A stretch of DNA of 60,667 bases from positions 27,240,575 through 27,301,241 of the forward strand of contig NC_057720.1 of assembly GCF_004010195.1 (NCBI RefSeq). Reading direction: 5' to 3'. Shown piece by piece: positions 36,039 to 49,116 of the stretch. Origin of the DNA: Chiloscyllium plagiosum. Taxonomy: Eukaryota. The translations under genes and the position numbers were made by a program. Position 1 is the first letter of the stretch. Every line of letters starts with the position of its first letter. The notes beneath the pieces are model-generated. The model was not told where the DNA came from. It did not search any database and saw only the letters and a list, made by a program, of their open reading frames with translations.

Positions 36039-36857
36039 CAGGTAATTCTGGGATAACATGAGTTTCAGAAGAATGATTTGGCTATAATGTTATTGAAGAA
36101 TTAAGGAACAGTATTTTTAAGAACACTTACCTCCGTTGGCAATAGCGCGATTCCAGCAGGTATCTGTTCACGCTCTTCATTCTACTTATGTGCTGGTGTC
36201 CGTGCATTGCGACATCGGCACTGATCGTCATGTCACGCTGCAGGTGCACCAAAATCTATGGGCTATTCTGCGCATGTGCGATGTCAGTGCCAAAGTCTGT
36301 GTGCTATTCTGCACATGCGCGATGTCAGCGCCAAAGTCACTACCATTCTACTCATGCACGATGTCAGCGCTAAAGTTTGGCACTGATCGTCATGTCACGC
36401 TGCAGGTGCACCAAAATCTATGGGCTATTCTGCGCATGTGCGATGTCAGTGCCAAAGTCACTACCATTCTACTCATGCACGATGTCAGCGCTAAAGTTTC
36501 TGCCATTCTGTGCATGCGTGATGTCACTGCCAGTTTTCATGACATTCTATGCATGCGCTGATGTCAGCTAACGACAGAGCAGTTTGCTGTGGGAGGTACT
36601 GTACAGAGAGTAGCTTTCTTAGAATTTTTAAATGTACTGTGTTAAAATTATTTTTGTTTTGTTAAGAACTACAATTTCAACCTTCATCCAGACTCTGCTA
36701 GACTTTGCGTTCGACGTTTGGGTGTTTTTTGGAGCGATCGTGAGTGATTTTTATTTTGCTGTTCTGCCCCTAACTCCACTTTTTCCATAGGCCCCATTAT
36801 TTCGATTAAGCAAGGTTTTGCTGGAACACAGCTGTGGTGTTGTAGGAGAACTATCTA
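36039..36857. mobile_element. Tigger/pogo-like non-autonomous element with internal minisatellite
   Basis: TA|CAGGTAATTCTGGGATAACA ... TGTTGTAGGAGAACTATCTA|TA. The host CR1 rejoins as AATCAGTA/GTTAGGAAAGCAAA. Confidence 0.75.
36217..36568. repeat. Minisatellite of about 40-bp units (7 units) with higher-order duplication
   Basis: Unit approximately YATTCTRYNCATGYRYGATGTCAGYGCYAAAGT. An 81-bp block is identical at 36217-36297 and 36379-36459. Confidence 0.9.
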
Positions 36858-36891
36858 TAGTTAGGAAAGCAAAACCTACAAGCCATGGTGG

Positions 36892-37000
36892 ACCAAAACA
36901 TCGATTTTGCTGCTCCTCAGATGCTGCCTGAACTGCTGTGCTCTTCCAGCACCACTTATCCAAAATCTGGTTTCCAGCATCTGCAGTCATTGTTTTTACC
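36892..37000 (+). mobile_element. PLE 3' terminal fragment
   Basis: ATCGATTTTGCTGCTCCTCAGATGCTGCC...TTCCAGCATCTGCAGTCATTGTTTTTACC. Same subfamily as 1-270. Confidence 0.75.
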
Positions 37001-37002
37001 AA

Positions 37003-37253
37003 ATGTGATGAATCTCACTGAACAAAACACTTTAACTGAAAGTGGGCGAATTGAGCCCTTTGTGTCACGTAAAAGGGAAACCATGCAGCACATACAGAGG
37101 GATATCGATTATCCAAAGGACATGGGCGGGGATTATTTTGCTAAGTTTATCAAATGCCAAATAACATAGTTTAACCAAGCATAGGGATCTTGCGATCTTG
37201 CCGGATAATCCGATGTTCGGATAATTGAATGCCGGATAATCGAGGTTCCTCTG
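37003..37253. mobile_element. Tigger/pogo-like element end
   Basis: Three CGGATAAT subterminal repeats and terminus CGAGGTTCCTCTG|TA. Confidence 0.7.
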
Positions 37254-37499
37254 TATATTTTCAGATCAACTGTTCAGAGATGCACCTTTGGAGAAGGAAG
37301 AACTTTAACCTCATTCTCCTGTTTCAGAAGTAGGAACACTACCACTGTGCCACAGGAACCCTCCAATACAGGCATGCTATTTCAGAAGAAGTGTAAACTA
37401 TTGAATGTGGTAAGCATTTATGAGAGGCATTTATGGTGGTTGACATTCTTGAAAATGGACTAGTCACCACGGGCAGAGAAATGTACCCCAGCTTTTGAA

Positions 37500-38385
37500 A
37501 AGGAGTGACTGAAAGACTGTTTTCAATGGGGTTCTGCAGAATGCTGCATTAGGTCTGTATCTTTTATGTATGTTTGTGATTGGGATTTAAGTGTAGGGGA
37601 CATGATCAGGCAGTTTGCAGAGAATGTAAAAATAGATGACATGGCTGATAGTGAGGACAGAAGCTGTAGACTGCAGGAAGATATCAGTGCACTGGTCAAA
37701 TGAGAAGAAAGCTGGAAAGCAAAATTCAGTTCAGATTAAGTGTGAGGTCATTGATTTTGGGAGGTCAAACAAGTCAAAGGAATACACATCTATGGGATAA
37801 TACTGAAAGCAAGTGAGCATGTCCATAGAACTCTGAAGGAGCAGGGTAAGTTGATAAGGCATGCAGAGTAATTTTCCTTTTATTATCTGCGGCATAGAAT
37901 ATAAGGGCACGGAGAATATGAAACTAGTTAGGCTAAGACTCTGGAGTTCTGGGCATCTCATTACAGAAAAGATATGATTGCACTAAAGGAGTTAAAAAGG
38001 AATTTTTTGAAGATGTTGCCAGGACTGCAAATTGACAGCAAGGAAGAAAGATTGGATAGGTTGTGATTGTTTTCTGTGGAACATAGGAGGGTGAGGGGTG
38101 ATTTAATTGGGGTGCACATGGTTATAACTGGTCTATGAGTGGATGGGAAGAACCTTAGCAGAGGGTCACCAACTACGAGGTGTAGATTTAATGTGTTTGA
38201 AGGATTAGAAAGGAGATGGAGATTTTACTTTTCACCCAGTGAACTCTAGAACTTGCTATCTTAAAGGCAGGAACCCTAAACTCATTTGGAAGGCGTCTAA
38301 TTATATACCTGATGGAGTTCATTTTTCAGCAGACCAGTTACAATGGGCAGACTGGCCACCTTCTGCACTGTAAAGTTTTTTACGT
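37500..38385 (+). mobile_element. Old CR1 LINE 3' portion
   Basis: Decayed FADD region, AAGTGTGAGGTCATTGATTTTGGGAGG, GATGTTGCCAGGACT, TTTCACCCAG. Confidence 0.7.
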
Positions 38386-39239
38386 TTTCTAAATATTCTA
38401 ACTATCTGGATAAAAGAAGTACAGGAATATACAGGAAGGGTCACTGCATAAGTGAATGGTTGCTGAAGAGGGCCGTGCTGAGTTGAATGGCTTTCTTCTG
38501 CCTTCAACAATTCTTTGCAACTGTGTCTTTGAGGAGGACTCATCTTTGGATGAATACTGTAGAACCTTTTTCCTGATGGCAGATGAAGTCTCAGTTAACT
38601 GCCTCATCCAAAAGATCGTACCTCAAATAGTACAGAACTCCTTCTGCTGTAATGGACTGTTGGCGAGAAGAGATAGTTTCTTTGGGATGTTTGAAAATAT
38701 ATGTTAATCTGTAAGCTAAGATTTTAAGTTCAACTTCAGAAATATTCTGAATATTGGTATGTGACATATGAAGACAAGTTGTAAAGTACAGTCGGACAAT
38801 GGCTTGTTATAATCCACATTGCAGGTTTCCAAGGTGACACACTAAGAATCTGTCTCCAACAAATGCTAGTTGACTTATTTTGTATTATTAATGTTTTCAG
38901 TTAAATATTCAATAATTTTTTTTCATCACCTTCATTGCAGCACACACAAGTGCAGTTAATAGCTGTAGGGATTTAAAGACTAATCATAGAGGAGTAAATG
39001 CCAAACATTTTAAGAGTTGCTTTGCCTTCTGTTGTTGTTCACCCCAGTTGAAAATTTGACTTTTAACTCCTGATTTAATGCTTTTATTACTATTTTATTC
39101 TCTTTATTTAAGTAAAACACTTTATTCCATATTTTGTTCCCATACAATGGCAACCCAACCAGCTTAAAACATGGACATTAATCTCAACTCTTTGCGAAGT
39201 TATGCTGGTTTTGTTCACCTATGACATTGTCGCCTAGCT

Positions 39240-39565
39240 GACTACATGGAAGACTAATCTGGTATGTCTAACCAGCAAATACGAACAAAGCTTAGCAAAT
39301 GCCACACTATCAAATTCGCCCCAGTCAGCGGTGATGTGATTGCAGGAGTCCAAAGGAGGACACCTAATTGCCAAATAACTTGCTACTTGATGCACACATC
39401 AAATTCTGTCAGAGCCAGTCAGGTCCAGACTTCTTCCCTGCCTTGATCCAGGAGTTTTGTGACTTGGGCAGAATCTGATGCAGTGGTAATTGGTTGTTAT
39501 ATTTGTCTAATTTTTCTGGGACATACTGGGCAAACTTTGATATTTTCAATTGGATGCCAGTGGAT
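39240..39565 (-). mobile_element. CR1/L2-clade LINE fragment
   Basis: Antisense pre-RT region (TTTTTCTGGGACATACTGGGCAAACTTT...TTGGATGCCAGTG), read as a decayed GI.P..WK.A.V.PV.KK motif. Confidence 0.45.
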
Positions 39566-40204
39566 GAGGTTTCAGAGCTAAATAATCTAGACAGTACAAA
39601 ATCTTAAGAGTTCTTTGCAATAGGACAGACTCAAAGGTTTAAGGCTAATTGCTTTGGAAATTTACAAAGTTTGAGAGGATATGATTAAAATATTTTAAAA
39701 ACTATAAGATTGATGGGTTGCTTGAAATGATAATGTGGCTAAAGGCCATGCCCATAAAACCAGCAGGTTCAGAGTTCAGTCAGAAACCAGCAAGCAACTA
39801 TTTATTTTTGCAGTTCTTGGTCTTTGGAACAAATAGTCAAGTTGTGGTGAGTATAATATTTCTGCATTCTTTTCAAAAAGGAAATTCCTGAGAAAATTGG
39901 GTAATTCTATGGAAAAGTTGCTATTAAGAGATAAATGTGATGAGCAGCTCATGTTCAAAGGCTTCCTGGAGTTTTCCTAATTGCGTTCAGGACTATTGCA
40001 TAAAAACTTTGCTTTCAGTCTCTCTCACTCTGGGTAATGGCATCTTTTGTTGTTATATAGTCATACATTATGTGCATGTGAAGTACAGTGAGCACAATGG
40101 TGACTTTTTCCACATTTTGGCTGTGTTAATTTTGAGGAGTTTCACAGAGTTTTTGCTTCCCTTAACATTGGCGACTTTTCCACGAATCTGTAAATCCATT
40201 TTTT

Positions 40205-40618
40205 AGATTAGAATCAGTCTGACCATTATGGCACAGACAGCCTCACAGGGAGCTAACACCGTCAATACCTTATCTGGGCTGACATGACACCAATTCTTAA
40301 AGTTCACTTGAGAATGTAACTTTTAAAAATAGTTTTGCAATTTATATATGAAAGAACTGAAACGAATATGGTCATTCTAAAAGATGAGAGACATAACAAA
40401 CAATCCAGGTCTTTTTCAATATATAATTTCAGTTATATCACACTGTAAACATTTGCTATAAATTCTGTGTCTTACAATCTTATTCTCCACAATCACCTGA
40501 TGAAGGAGCAGCGCTCTGAAAGGTAGTGCTTCCAAATAAACCTGTTGGACTATAACCTGATGGTGTGTGATTTTTAACTTTGTATACCCCAGTCCAACAG
40601 CGGCATCTCCAAATCATG
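40205..40618 (+). mobile_element. PLE 3' terminal fragment with hammerhead at 40494-40528
   Basis: CAC-CTGATGA-A-GGAGC-AGC-GCTCT-GAAAGGTA-GTG. Homologous to 35437-35619 but with a 3' extension of about 40 nt. Confidence 0.8.
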
Positions 40619-40639
40619 ACTTTTCCTATACAATTCTTT

Positions 40640-42100
40640 GCTGTTTACCTAATTTACAGTGGTGCTACCCTCATGTAATCTTAAGCTAAGCAGTGGTGCA
40701 AGTGCTAACCTTTGCTGGGACCTTACAGTGTTCACATTGCACGTGCCATATTCTAATCGTAATTGTGCACCATTTCAAATGCTGCAAGCCAAAAACTGCG
40801 CATAGTATATTGCTATGCAATTCCAAACAAAATAACTGAGAGAAACAAGTTGCCACCCTGCTTCACAGAAAGTGACCTGGAGAATCTATGACTCTATGGG
40901 GTGGTGAAGAAGAAGGCCACACTTATTCCCCTGGACCCTGAAGAGACTACAGCACCAGATGCCATCAGCCTTGTCTGAACTAGTCACCTGGGCAATGTAC
41001 CATCTACGATCCAGAGGAACATGTAGCAATGTCGAAAGAAGTTTAATGACCTACAGCATCTTACATTGGTAACTGCCATCATATGTTACTTTATAAAAAC
41101 TTCACTGCTATTATATCCACTTGCCATTAAAGCTCATAATCTGGCACACTCGCTATTGTATTCTGCATCTTACCTCAATGGTTCTCACCTAGTCCCCTAG
41201 CCCACAATCTACTTCTTTTGCTTCTGTTCTCCGCACTTCGTACCCACTCATTCAGGATACCTCACAATCTTCCATGACTGCGAATGGACTAGCCCCCAAT
41301 TGATTTCTATGTAGCTCATCAACTAATTTACCTCTAATCCCCAGAATTGCACTCAGCTACAGGACTGACTGTTGCCACTCACTGAACTGAGATCAGATGA
41401 TGGCCTTTGCTGACTGGTAGCACCCCTAATGCCGATTAGTCCCTCTTGACTTTAACATGGCCATTTGGTTGAAGCTCATGCAATGTGCTGCTTTCAAAAC
41501 TGCATGCTGTAGGTATGACACACATGTAGAATGGTGTCAAACAACAGCTGGCTTGACTGTTCAGCGGTGGGCAGCATGACAAACTGTCTGGCTTTCTGTC
41601 TGCACAAAAAAAAGCAAGGCAAAATTGGAGATGCTATGATTGTTCAAATAAGCACAAAATAAGTGAGCTCTAACAAAGCAAGCTAAGAACACTGAGATAA
41701 ACCCTGTTCTAATGCATGAAATGGGTGCTTGTTGTTGTACACAAATTGGGCTGGCAGCAGCACTGCAGTGTAAGGTGTTGATAAGCTCAAGTGAAGTATT
41801 GAAGTGCCAGATGATATACAACTGGTGCTGTGTCAATTCCAAGTCTGGGGTTGGAGGGTGCAAGCATTGGTACCCATGAAGCATGCTCTAAGGTGCTGAG
41901 GAATGCTGGCCAACATGGAGCCTTGTAAATGATTCTGGTAATCTGCAAGTGCCAAGTTACTGCTCTGACTTTTAAGTCAGGAATCGGTACTAACTAATTT
42001 CTCATCGGTATTTGGGAGAATAGTAACTTGCATATTAATGAGGTAATAATGAGATGTGAATGCAAACGGGGTCCTTTTTACTTACTAGTGAGATTCTCAT
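40640..42100 (+). mobile_element. Decayed PIF/Harbinger-like element with Myb/SANT remnant
   Basis: About 40850-41052 reads VATLLHR/CFTESDLE ... IQRNM*QCRKKFNDL, typical ends of a Myb/SANT-like DNA-binding domain. Boundaries approximate. Confidence 0.5.
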
Positions 42101-42119
42101 CCAGCTCTTCAAACCTTAT

Positions 42120-42570
42120 GTCATACAATTATACAGCACAGAAACAGATCCTGCGTTCCAACTCGTCCATGCTGACCAGGTTTTCTAGTCTAAACCAGTC
42201 CATTTGCCTACGTTTGGCCCATATCCCTCTGAACCTTTCCTATCCATGTACCCGTCCAAATGTCTTTTAAATGTTGTACCATTTCATTTGCACACCACCC
42301 TCTGTGTGAAAAAGATGACCCTCAGGTCACTTTATAACCTTGCCCCTCACACCTTAAAGCTAAGCTCTCTAGTTCTCAACTCCCCTACCCTCGGGAAAAG
42401 ATCTTGACTATTCACCTTATCAATGCCCTCATGATTTTGTAAATCTCTATTGCCCCTCAACCTCCCAACTCCAGGGAAAAATGTCCCAGCCAATCGAGCC
42501 TCTCCTTATAACACTAGCCCTCCACTCCAGTAACATCCTTGTAAATCTTTTCTGTACCCTTTCCAATTTA
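42120..42570 (-). mobile_element. CR1 (HER1-like) 3' fragment
   Basis: KLERVQKRFTRMLLE and a typical 3' UTR. Confidence 0.88.
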
Positions 42571-45198
42571 TTTAAGCAGAAATTCAGACTCTTGTTTCTT
42601 GAGATTGAGAACTCTTTTTTAAATTCCCGCCTTACTCTCCTATCTGTCTCACCATGTTGATCAGGCACCGGAAAGATTCCACTCCAGTTTTGATACCATA
42701 ACCTTGCAAATAGTTGTAAACTCTCTAGTACATGGGCTGGATAAGATAATAAATGACATTAGAATGTATGTAGTGCTGAAAAATAACATTTGGACTAACT
42801 AATCCAGTGTAGGTAGGTATGAATTTATCCTGAAGAAGGCATTTAAAAATGTGTTTTTTTTTCTGCTTCTCAGAGAAGATTGTTTTGCAGTGGAGCAGTG
42901 AATAGTGGAAGGCTGCACATCTGATTAGATAGATGGATTTAATGGACCAAGAGATTTTCTCACTCCCCTGCTCTCTTTTCCCATATTGTTACCATGAACA
43001 AAGCAAGCTATATTTAAAGATGTGTAGTCAACATGTGTATGTATAATTTAAAGCAATATTTTTCACAAATTTATTCCACTGGCCGAATCTTATAGTAACA
43101 GCATGTGTGAATTCCCCTCTGGAGTTCAAAATATGGGAAATTAGCCCCAGGAAAAGTAAGTCTGACACATCTTTTGTTAGGATTTTGTGATTGTTCACAC
43201 ACAGGCTGCCTTGTTCAAACAGCAAACTGAATTCCAAGTAGACTTTGAAATGGAACTAGTGTCATCTGGGCCACATAGTTGACACAAACAAAAAAAAGAA
43301 GTGACTGGTTTTACATAGCAACTGAGACATGACCTCAAGCTTTCAGGAGGAAACTAATGAAATTCCTGCAGCAACTATGGAAATGACAGCAAATGTATGG
43401 GAACTTGATGGTACTGTAGGTTGGGTGCTGAGTAACAGAGGGTGAAAAATGGATAGGTTTTGTTGGTTTCTGTTTGAAACAAGGTTCCAATTTAGATGAG
43501 AAAGTAGCATTTTAGCTTAAATTGCAAACTAAGTTTTGACACAAAACTTAAGATCTAGTAAGAGAAATTGAGTTGTTATATAAACTGTGAAAGGTGATTG
43601 AACGACATGCATCCTGGACAAAGTGGAAAGATTCTTCATTGTTCACTGTCTAAATCACTGACTTGTTCGATTAACTTTGGTTTAGTTCTTCAATAGTTTA
43701 GAAAATTAAAGTCATGCAGTATCTATTTCACCCACCATTAGGTTTGCTGAAACTGCAACAACTTGTTGCTGCTTGTACCTCCATTTGTAAAATATTAATT
43801 GTTAGATGAGCTGCTAAAACAAAGAAGTACTGCAGTGATAGTTGACCATTTCTTTTGTTTATTTATAAATTAATACTTACAATAGGATATGGGCCAAATT
43901 CAGGCAAATGGGACTAGTTTAGTTTGGGAAACCTGGCCACCATGGACGAGTTGGACCGAAGGATCTGTTTCTCTGCTCAATGGAAGTTCTTCTGCATCAC
44001 CCAATTGATCATTGCTCTATCATCTTATTTATGGAAATTAGTTATTTGTTTTTCAAGGCAGTATTTAAGTTACTTTTCTGCTCTGAGAAAGCATTAATTA
44101 TATTGATGTGATGTACTGAACATTGTTCTCTCCCTGGTGAAAATTAATTGTGTAGAATTTGGAGACTGTTTGATATCCATCAAATATTAATTATTTCTCA
44201 AGAGTGAAACAATTTTTTAAAAAAATGGAATAAATTAGGTGCAATTCAAGATGATGTCTGATTACAGATGTGGATTGTTGCCCTTGCTTGTCTTTCTGCT
44301 CAAGTGCTCCCCTTGTTCCCCATTAAAATGTAAGTATGCCTGTATCTAAAATGGTAGCTATATCTGCACCAAATGACACTTTCAAAACTATTTGACATAT
44401 TCTGTTTGATATGCGCATTAGACCTGATTAAAACTGTGCTGAGTAGGGAGAGATTGAATGGAAATTACATTTCCTTCCAGTAAGAAGAGTTGCATCTGGG
44501 TGGTCTCCGTTCCTATAAGAAGATAGTTACAGGAACAGTAGCCGTTGTCTAGGAGTAAGTTGTGTACCAGCTCATGTCGGCAAAGAAAGAAGTGAAACTG
44601 GGAAGGAAACATTGCTTACCAAATAAAAATTCTGAAGTTAATATTATCCATCAGAAGTTGTAGCCTAGTTACAAATGTGGTTATGGTGGCACTGTTTTAG
44701 CCACCAGCATGAATTTTAGCAGGAAACTTCTTTCACAGTAAATAAGGTTAATACACTTGACGTTTATCGGCAATTTGTTGAAAGTTTCCAATCATCCTCT
44801 CTCAAGTTTGGAATTCTTTCATGGATTATCACCTGCAACATATTTGAGTATTCTTTGTCCAGCACTTGCAAGCTTGTTGGGAATTTTTTTACCCACAAAA
44901 AGGTCAATTGAGGTATTCAACATAACAGTGCAAACAAACTTACCTAATAAGAACTGATAGCAGAGCCGGAGTCAAACTTTTGGCTAAATTGGAACAATTC
45001 AGTGATAGAGCTTTACATGAAGCCTTCACTGCCATGACTTAGGGAGGGGCAAAGTCAACCATGTTTGTCTTGGAAAAACTGAGGAAACTAATATGCTCAC
45101 CACAGGTTCCCATCAGTGTAAATAAAATTTCGCAGGCATAAAACTGCTACTGCTTCATTTCCTGTTATGCCTTTGTTGGATCCCCACCCTCAAGGATC

Positions 45199-45496
45199 TA
45201 GATTAGATTCCCTACAGTGTGGAAACAGGCCCTTCGGCCCAACCAGTCCACATGAAGAGTAACCCACCCAGACCCATTTCCCTCTGACTAATGCACCTAA
45301 CATTATGGACAATTTAGCATGGCCAATCCACCTGGCCTGCGCATCTTTGGACTGTGGGAGGAAACCAGAGCAAATGCACGTAGACACGGGGAGAATATGC
45401 AAACTCCACACAGACGGTCACCCAAGGCTGGAATCGAACCTGGGACCCTGGTGCTGTGAGGTTGCAGTGCTAACCACTGAGCCACCGTGTTGCCCC
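45199..45496 (-). mobile_element. HE1-type V-SINE
   Basis: Antisense head with A and B boxes, V-domain and (AATCT)n tail. Confidence 0.9.
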
Positions 45497-45686
45497 AGAT
45501 AATCTGGGTGAATATCAAAGTTAATGATTTCAGTTGAAATGGTGACTTAACTTAATCTTCATGCAGCACTACCATTGGGCAGAAGTAAATGATTGAAGTT
45601 AAGATTATTTTCATTTCAGAAGCTTAGTACCCACAATATGTATTAGAAAATCAACAACATTGGAAAAAAATGTTTCTCAATTTTTC

Positions 45687-45971
45687 AAGAGGACATAGGT
45701 TTAGGGTGAGAGGGGAGAGATTTAAAAGGGACCTAAGGGGCAACGTTTTCATACATAGGGTGGTCCATGTATGAAATGAGCTGCTAGAGGAAGTGATGGA
45801 GGCTGATATAATTACAGTGTTTAAAAGGCAACTGGATGAGTCCATGAATTGGAAGTGTTTAGAGGGATATGTGCCAAAGTGCTGGCAAATGGGACTAGAT
45901 TAATTTAGGATACCTGGTCGGCATGGATGAGTTGGATCGAAGATTCTGTTTCTGTGCTGTATATTTCTATG
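45687..45971 (+). mobile_element. CR1 3' fragment
   Basis: AGAGGACATAGGTTTAGGGTGAGAGGGGAGAGATTTAAAAGGGACCTAAGGGGCAAC...TTTCTATGA. Confidence 0.88.
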
Positions 45972-46737
45972 AGAATGGATTCATAGTCATAATTAGACTC
46001 TTAATTCCAGCCTTTTAAAAAATTTATTGAATTCAAATTCCATCCTCTGCCATGGTGGGATTTAAACCCCAGTCACCAAAACATTACCTGAGTCTCTGGA
46101 TTAATAGTCGAACGATAATTACACTTGGCCATTGCCTCCCCCAATTGAAATTGTCTTGACATTTGCAATGCAGCAAAGCTTATTGTAATATACTTGACAT
46201 TTTCCAATTGCAAACAGTAAAAAAGTTTATCCAGTGAAGGATCCAGAGTACCTCAGGAATTTGTAACCCTGTCGCACTCCTCCATGATCTATCATCAGCT
46301 GAACTCCCTTCACTTCGCTCATAAGTTCATCAAATTAAAACCCCTTCTCTAGCTCTTAACAGGTAAAACAGCTTGTTCCTCTTTGAAAATAAAGGGAACT
46401 GGGTGAATATGAAAGCTGGAAATGGAATTTCAATCTACATAGTTGTGAAGCCTTACTATAAATTTCCCATCTCCCAGCCAACTTTTAACAATGAAGAAAA
46501 CGTGGATTCTATATTTTGGAAGATTTCCACTCATTTTGTGACATGTTTGAATTTTTTTGAATGCAATTATCTTGCTGCTTTTCCTACTGTCTATTGCAAG
46601 CTGACAGTCATATTATAAGTAAAGGTTCAATAACCGTCTCAACCCTTCTATACTTACAATAATTCCAAGGCACTTAAGTGAATTTTAGCATGCATTTTTC
46701 AAATGCTGACTCCATTGTGAAAAGTATTGATGTACTT

Positions 46738-46905
46738 AGAGTCATAGAGTCATAGAGATGTACAGCACGGAAACAGACCCTTCGGTCCAACTCCTCCATG
46801 TCAGATATCCCAACCCAATCTAGTCCCACCTCCCAGCACCCGGCCCATATCCCTCCAAACCCTTCCTATTCATATACCCATCCAAATGCCTTTTAAATAT
46901 TGCCA
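46738..46905 (-). mobile_element. CR1 extreme 3' end
   Basis: AGAGTCATAGAGTCATAGAGATGTACAGCACGGAAACAGACCC; FKRHLDGYMNRKG. Confidence 0.9.
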
Positions 46906-46909
46906 TTGG

Positions 46910-48315
46910 AAAGAGAAAAAGCAATTTAGTGAAATTACAATCAGCAGGCAAGCAGTAATGAGCAAAGTAATGGAGTTTAGAGCAGACAAATCCCCGGGTG
47001 CAGAAAGGCTCTCGTAGGGTCAGAAAGAGAGGTGACAAGAGACTACTGAGTTTGAGTCCGTCATAGAAAAGGTGTTGGAATCAATCATTAAAGAGGTTAT
47101 AGGGCCACACTTAGAAAAACCCCAGATAATTGGGAAGAATGAGTATAGTGTTGTGAAGGAGAAATAATGTTTAACTAATTTTGTTTACTTTGAAGAAATA
47201 ACTTTCTGTGGATAAATGGGGGTCAGTAGATGACCTGTACTTAGATTTCCAAAGGCATTTGCCACAACAATACATAGAGCACAAAATAAACTTCATAGTG
47301 TTAGGGATAATGTATTAGCAGGGAGAGAAGATTTGGTTGTTCGGCAGAAAATAGAGCACACGTAAATAGGTCTTTGATGAATGCAGTTCCACACAGGTTA
47401 TTACTGGGGCATCAAATTTATATGATTTATAATGAGGGAAGTGACGGCTTGGTAACTGAATTTGCTAAAATTGATAGGAAAATATGTTGTGGTGAAGATA
47501 TGAGGGGGTTTGAGAAGGATCTAGACTGGTAGGGCTATTGAGCAAAACTCTGGTAGATGGTGTATATTGTGGGAAAATATGAAGTTGTTCACTTTGGCAG
47601 GAAAACGTTTCACAAGTGTATCACTTGAATGGAGAACGAAATCTGAGATATAGAGGTACTTGGGTGTTCTAGTGCATGAGTCATAGGCTTAAGGCTAATA
47701 AGATGCTATCCTTTGTTATGAAAGGACATAAAAGGAAGGATATTATACTTCAGTTATATACAGCTTTAGTAAGACCACATATCAAATAGTGTGCACAGTA
47801 TTTTGAGTGCAATGTGGTCTCCTTATTTAAGAAAATATGTAAATGCATCGAAAGCACTTCAGAGCAAGGTTACTAGATTGAGACCCAGAATGAGTGGATT
47901 GTCTTGAGGATAGGTTGGACTGGCTGGCCTTGTTTCCACAAGCGTTTAGGAAAATGAGGGGTGACTTGATTGAAGGGTTTTGACAAGGTATATGTGGAGG
48001 GATGTTTCTACTTGTGAGCTATTCCCTACCTTGGGTCTCTATTTTAAAATCAGAGGTCACCCTTTCAAAACAGAGCCAAGAAGAATTTCTTTCTCTCTGA
48101 GTTCTGGGTGTCCTCAGAACTCTTCCTCAGAAGGTGGTGAACTTGGGTCATTAAACATTTCTGAGACAGAGGTAGATAAATGTTTCTTAGTCAATGGAAT
48201 CAAAGATCATTGGAGGTAGATAAGAATGTGAAATTCAAAAACACAAACATATCAGCCATAAACGTATTGATTGGTGGCAAGGCCCATGATGCCAAATGGG
48301 TCTTATATTCTATAT
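46910..48315 (+). mobile_element. Old CR1 LINE ORF2 and 3' region
   Basis: Decayed YLDFQKAF, VVHFGRK, LVRPH, WSPYLRK and IRGHPFKTE motifs. Confidence 0.75.
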
Positions 48316-49116
48316 CCATAAACATCCATCACTAATGGCAGCTGAAAATTTCTACTCCACAATTAGCAAAATACAATTATTTCTTCAAAATAAAACCAAC
48401 AGAAATATGAAGTCACAGGTATGACTCAGAAGCACATACAATCGTACATCAAAACATACCAGAGGTTCCAACTCCCGCTCATCAGTCAAGTCAAACTCTG
48501 TCACAAAGTAGTAAAAATGCTTGTAGCAGATATTGACGTGTTACTTGGTATCATGGGGCTCCATCTTTGTTGTCATTGAATTTCTAGTCAGTATTGCTCA
48601 ATTGGAATAGCACTTGTGAAGTCTAGGTTTTACCTTTGGTAATATTTGACAGCAATTAAACACTATTTAGATAAGCAAACTACCTGTAAATCTTAGTTGG
48701 TTATTGTCCAAAAAAGGATTTGAAGTCCTCCCAGAAGTAGATTTGAGTATGGTTCATACTTGTCTGATTGTAACTTAGATTATTGGACAATCTCTGCATT
48801 CAAGGCTTGAGAGAAATAATTTTCTTTTATTTCTTAATGTTAGGAAAAAATATTCTCAGAAGTATAAAGCAAATTTCTTCACATCATATTCAGACCATTG
48901 TGGTTAATTCGGAAAGGAATTGCTAAATTAGATGACATTTGAAATGTGAAATTGATTGCAGCAATTTGGGAAGTTACATTCTTGATGGTTCATGTGTGAT
49001 TGATCGACATTTGCAAAATATTATCAGTGTTGCAATTGTGTTCAGTTCAGGGTCAAGATTCAGTAAATGCAATGTAGTGTTGAAATGTTTGAAACATATT
49101 TGCATGAATTTGGATT

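Noticed and set aside
36217..36568. CRISPR-like array or repeat-protein gene (ORF 36136-36561)
   Set aside because: Units are contiguous and degenerate with no unique spacers, lie inside a TIR element in vertebrate DNA, and have no cas genes nearby. The ORF arises from the repeat.
43096..43155. Possible 60-nt exon ending at gtaagt
   Set aside because: Poor polypyrimidine tract and no recognisable peptide.
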